DNA of 63,979 nucleotides, counting the filler, from Octopus bimaculoides (lineage: Eukaryota), in assembly GCF_001194135.2 (NCBI RefSeq). It is 6 parts of 6 records of this genome, joined end to end, with 100 filler letters (N's around TTAATTAATTAA, not from the genome) between each part and the next. Parts side by side here need not be neighbours in the genome. Positions count along the whole stretch, not along the records: positions 55,980 to 62,511 come from NC_068981.1; positions 62,612 to 63,979 come from NW_026363585.1; 4 more parts are not named here. One strand, given 5' to 3'. Positions 62,311-63,979 of this stretch are shown piece after piece; position 1 is the stretch's first letter; each line of letters opens with the position of its first letter. A program made the position numbers and the translations under genes. Under the pieces are notes generated by a model. It saw only the letters and a list, made by a program, of their open reading frames with translations. It was not told the DNA's origin and searched no databases.

Positions 62311-62372
62311 ACTGTGCTGATGAACGAAATCTAGATTCATTCTAGTAATCGCGAAATCGGCCGATACACAGT
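62311..62372 (+). ncRNA. Minimal type-I hammerhead ribozyme motif
   Basis: ACTGTG-CTGATGA-A-CGA aat CTAGA ttcat TCTAG taa TCG-C-GAAAT-CGGCCG-AT-A-CACAGT. Perfect 6-bp stem I, palindromic stem III ATCGGCCGAT, AUA triplet. Confidence 0.8.
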
Positions 62373-62511
62373 TAAGTTTATTTAAAAGAAAGTTGGTCGT
62401 CTTCTGTTGGTTGTTTTTCCTCGCATTAGGTACTAAATGTGGTTATTTTGAGAAGTCCACTGTGTGGCGTTATTATTTTCTGTAATAATGCCCTTTATAT
62501 AAATATAAACG

Positions 62512-62611
62512 NNNNNNNNNNNNNNNNNNNNNNNNNNNNNNNNNNNNNNNNNNNNTTAATTAATTAANNNNNNNNNNNNNNNNNNNNNNNNNNNNNNNNN
62601 NNNNNNNNNNN
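62512..62611. other. Artificial assembly linker N44-TTAATTAATTAA-N44
   Basis: Exact 100-bp structure. Confidence 0.9.
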
Positions 62612-63165
62612 ATAGCTCACATGTTGTGTCTACTAAGACCTAGTAGTTCTCAAAAAAACTTCAGCGAAATACCAAACCGTAAGCGGGCAAGGCATTGAAA
62701 ATTACATATAATTAAAAAGTTATTCGTGCACCAAGGTTTCGGAGTTAAAAATCTCTTACCGAGAAAATCTGCTCCATCTTCAGCACGAACTGCTAGTGGC
62801 AATTCCCAGAATCTTATACAAGTTGTTCACCGCTAGAGGCGAACGCGTATATGGTTCTGTTAATTACAACGAACTGGTAAAAATCAAATGTCTTCGTTTT
62901 GGCGCGCTAATTTCTGAAATATGTCTGCAGAAAATAGTTACTGCGTAGCCTATATCCAATTTGAGAACTGGGTTATGGTTAATCAAATAAAAACATAGGG
63001 TAAAAATCAGATATTAATTAATATCGATTTATTACCAGGAAGCTAGCATATTTAAAGAATCCGAGAGATTCAGAAAAAATATCTGAAATCTAAGTGGATT
63101 AAGGTATATTTTTATATATAGAAAGATGGCCAGTAGGGTGGACATTTAATATGCTAGAAATAGCT
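62612..63165 (-). repeat. One full 548-bp unit of the HHR-bearing tandem family (homolog of 47079-47765)
   Basis: ATAGCTCAC at 62612 and 63160. Colinear reverse-complement homology to 47079-47613. Confidence 0.75.
62723..62789 (-). ncRNA. Hammerhead motif with non-cleavable GUG triplet
   Basis: Minus strand: TTCGTG-CTGAAGA-T-GGAG..(27 nt)..CTCC-GAAAC-CTTG-GT-G-CACGAA. 6-bp stem I and 4-bp stem II intact. Confidence 0.7.
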
Positions 63166-63214
63166 CACCCTACTGGCCATCTTTCTATATATAAAGATAT
63201 ACCTTAATCCACTT
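63092..63214. repeat. 49-bp inverted repeat (1 mismatch), 25-nt spacer
   Basis: 63092-63140 vs 63166-63214. Confidence 0.9.
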
Positions 63215-63979
63215 TGTATGTATGTTTGTATGTATTTATAGATGTATACCAAAATTTTGGTAAAACTATTGTATCTGTTATCAAACGTAGCAACATACTC
63301 ACATGTGAGTTTTTGTATGTATATCGATTTAAATAAGAGCTAAGATCTCATCCATTGTAAATACTTTAATATGACCTATGAGAATTCCGATGCAATATCC
63401 ATATCGATTCATGAATATTATAAAATATGGAATATTGTATCTCTTCAGGGTCGGATTAATTCAAAGCAGACAGTAAAAATAGACTACGTTCATAGACAAC
63501 ATTCATAGACAACCTATAATTACATGTAAATAAACAAGTTGAAAAGACATGATACGTAATGAAACTGTATAGCATATCGGTGTTGAAATCGTTAGAAGAC
63601 AAAGTAAATGATAATTAATGCTAATTTTGATGTTATCCTATGAAGTTAGATAACGAACCAGTACGGAATGTTGTACATTTCAATAAAGACCGTTGGACAT
63701 ATGAAAAAACCGTTAGATATTATGAAAATATAAAAACAAATATAAAAAAATATATATATATTTTACATATGTTAATAGTCAAATAGAAGTATATCTAAGA
63801 AGTAATGCTAATATATAATATACCATATAATCACCATAAGTATACATAATCTAAATAAGACGTTATATTAAGTTAAGATTTAGAAGTAAAAAGCCTTATA
63901 TGGTTATTTAAGCCCGATAGATTATGGAAAGTAAATTGTAAAAAATAAGAAAAATAAGCAAATATATATATATATATAT

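Overview
AT-rich, microsatellite-dense eukaryotic draft-assembly sequence. The SINE, LINE and microsatellite complement resembles an octopus/coleoid cephalopod genome (inferred from repeat pattern only, not from a database search). No host protein-coding gene could be confidently identified. Almost all ORF-track entries are simple repeats or span N gaps. The window is a mosaic of four kinds of repeat. (i) At least five tRNA/CORE-type SINE families, several copies with target-site duplications (TSDs). (ii) Decayed non-LTR retrotransposon pieces: RTE, Tx1/L1, CRE-like, R4/Dong-like abutting (AAT)n or (CATA)n, and Penelope-like GIY-YIG elements. (iii) Tc1/mariner and piggyBac-like MITEs. (iv) Five artificial 100-bp N44-TTAATTAATTAA-N44 joins, so adjacency across them is not biological evidence. 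The most interesting signal is a set of minimal type-I hammerhead ribozyme (HHR) motifs that the ORF track does not show. Two near-complete motifs lie at 49875-49920 (-) and 62311-62372 (+). A third, HHR-bearing ~535-548-bp tandem unit (retrozyme- or Penelope pseudo-LTR-like) occurs twice, at 47079-47765 and 62612-63214. Decayed relics lie at 2483-2518 and possibly 10658-10700. Most carry a non-canonical extra nucleotide or mismatch at the base of stem II. Ribozyme activity is inferred from motif and fold only. Family labels A-E are mine, and repeat boundaries are approximate to within about 10-20 bp.
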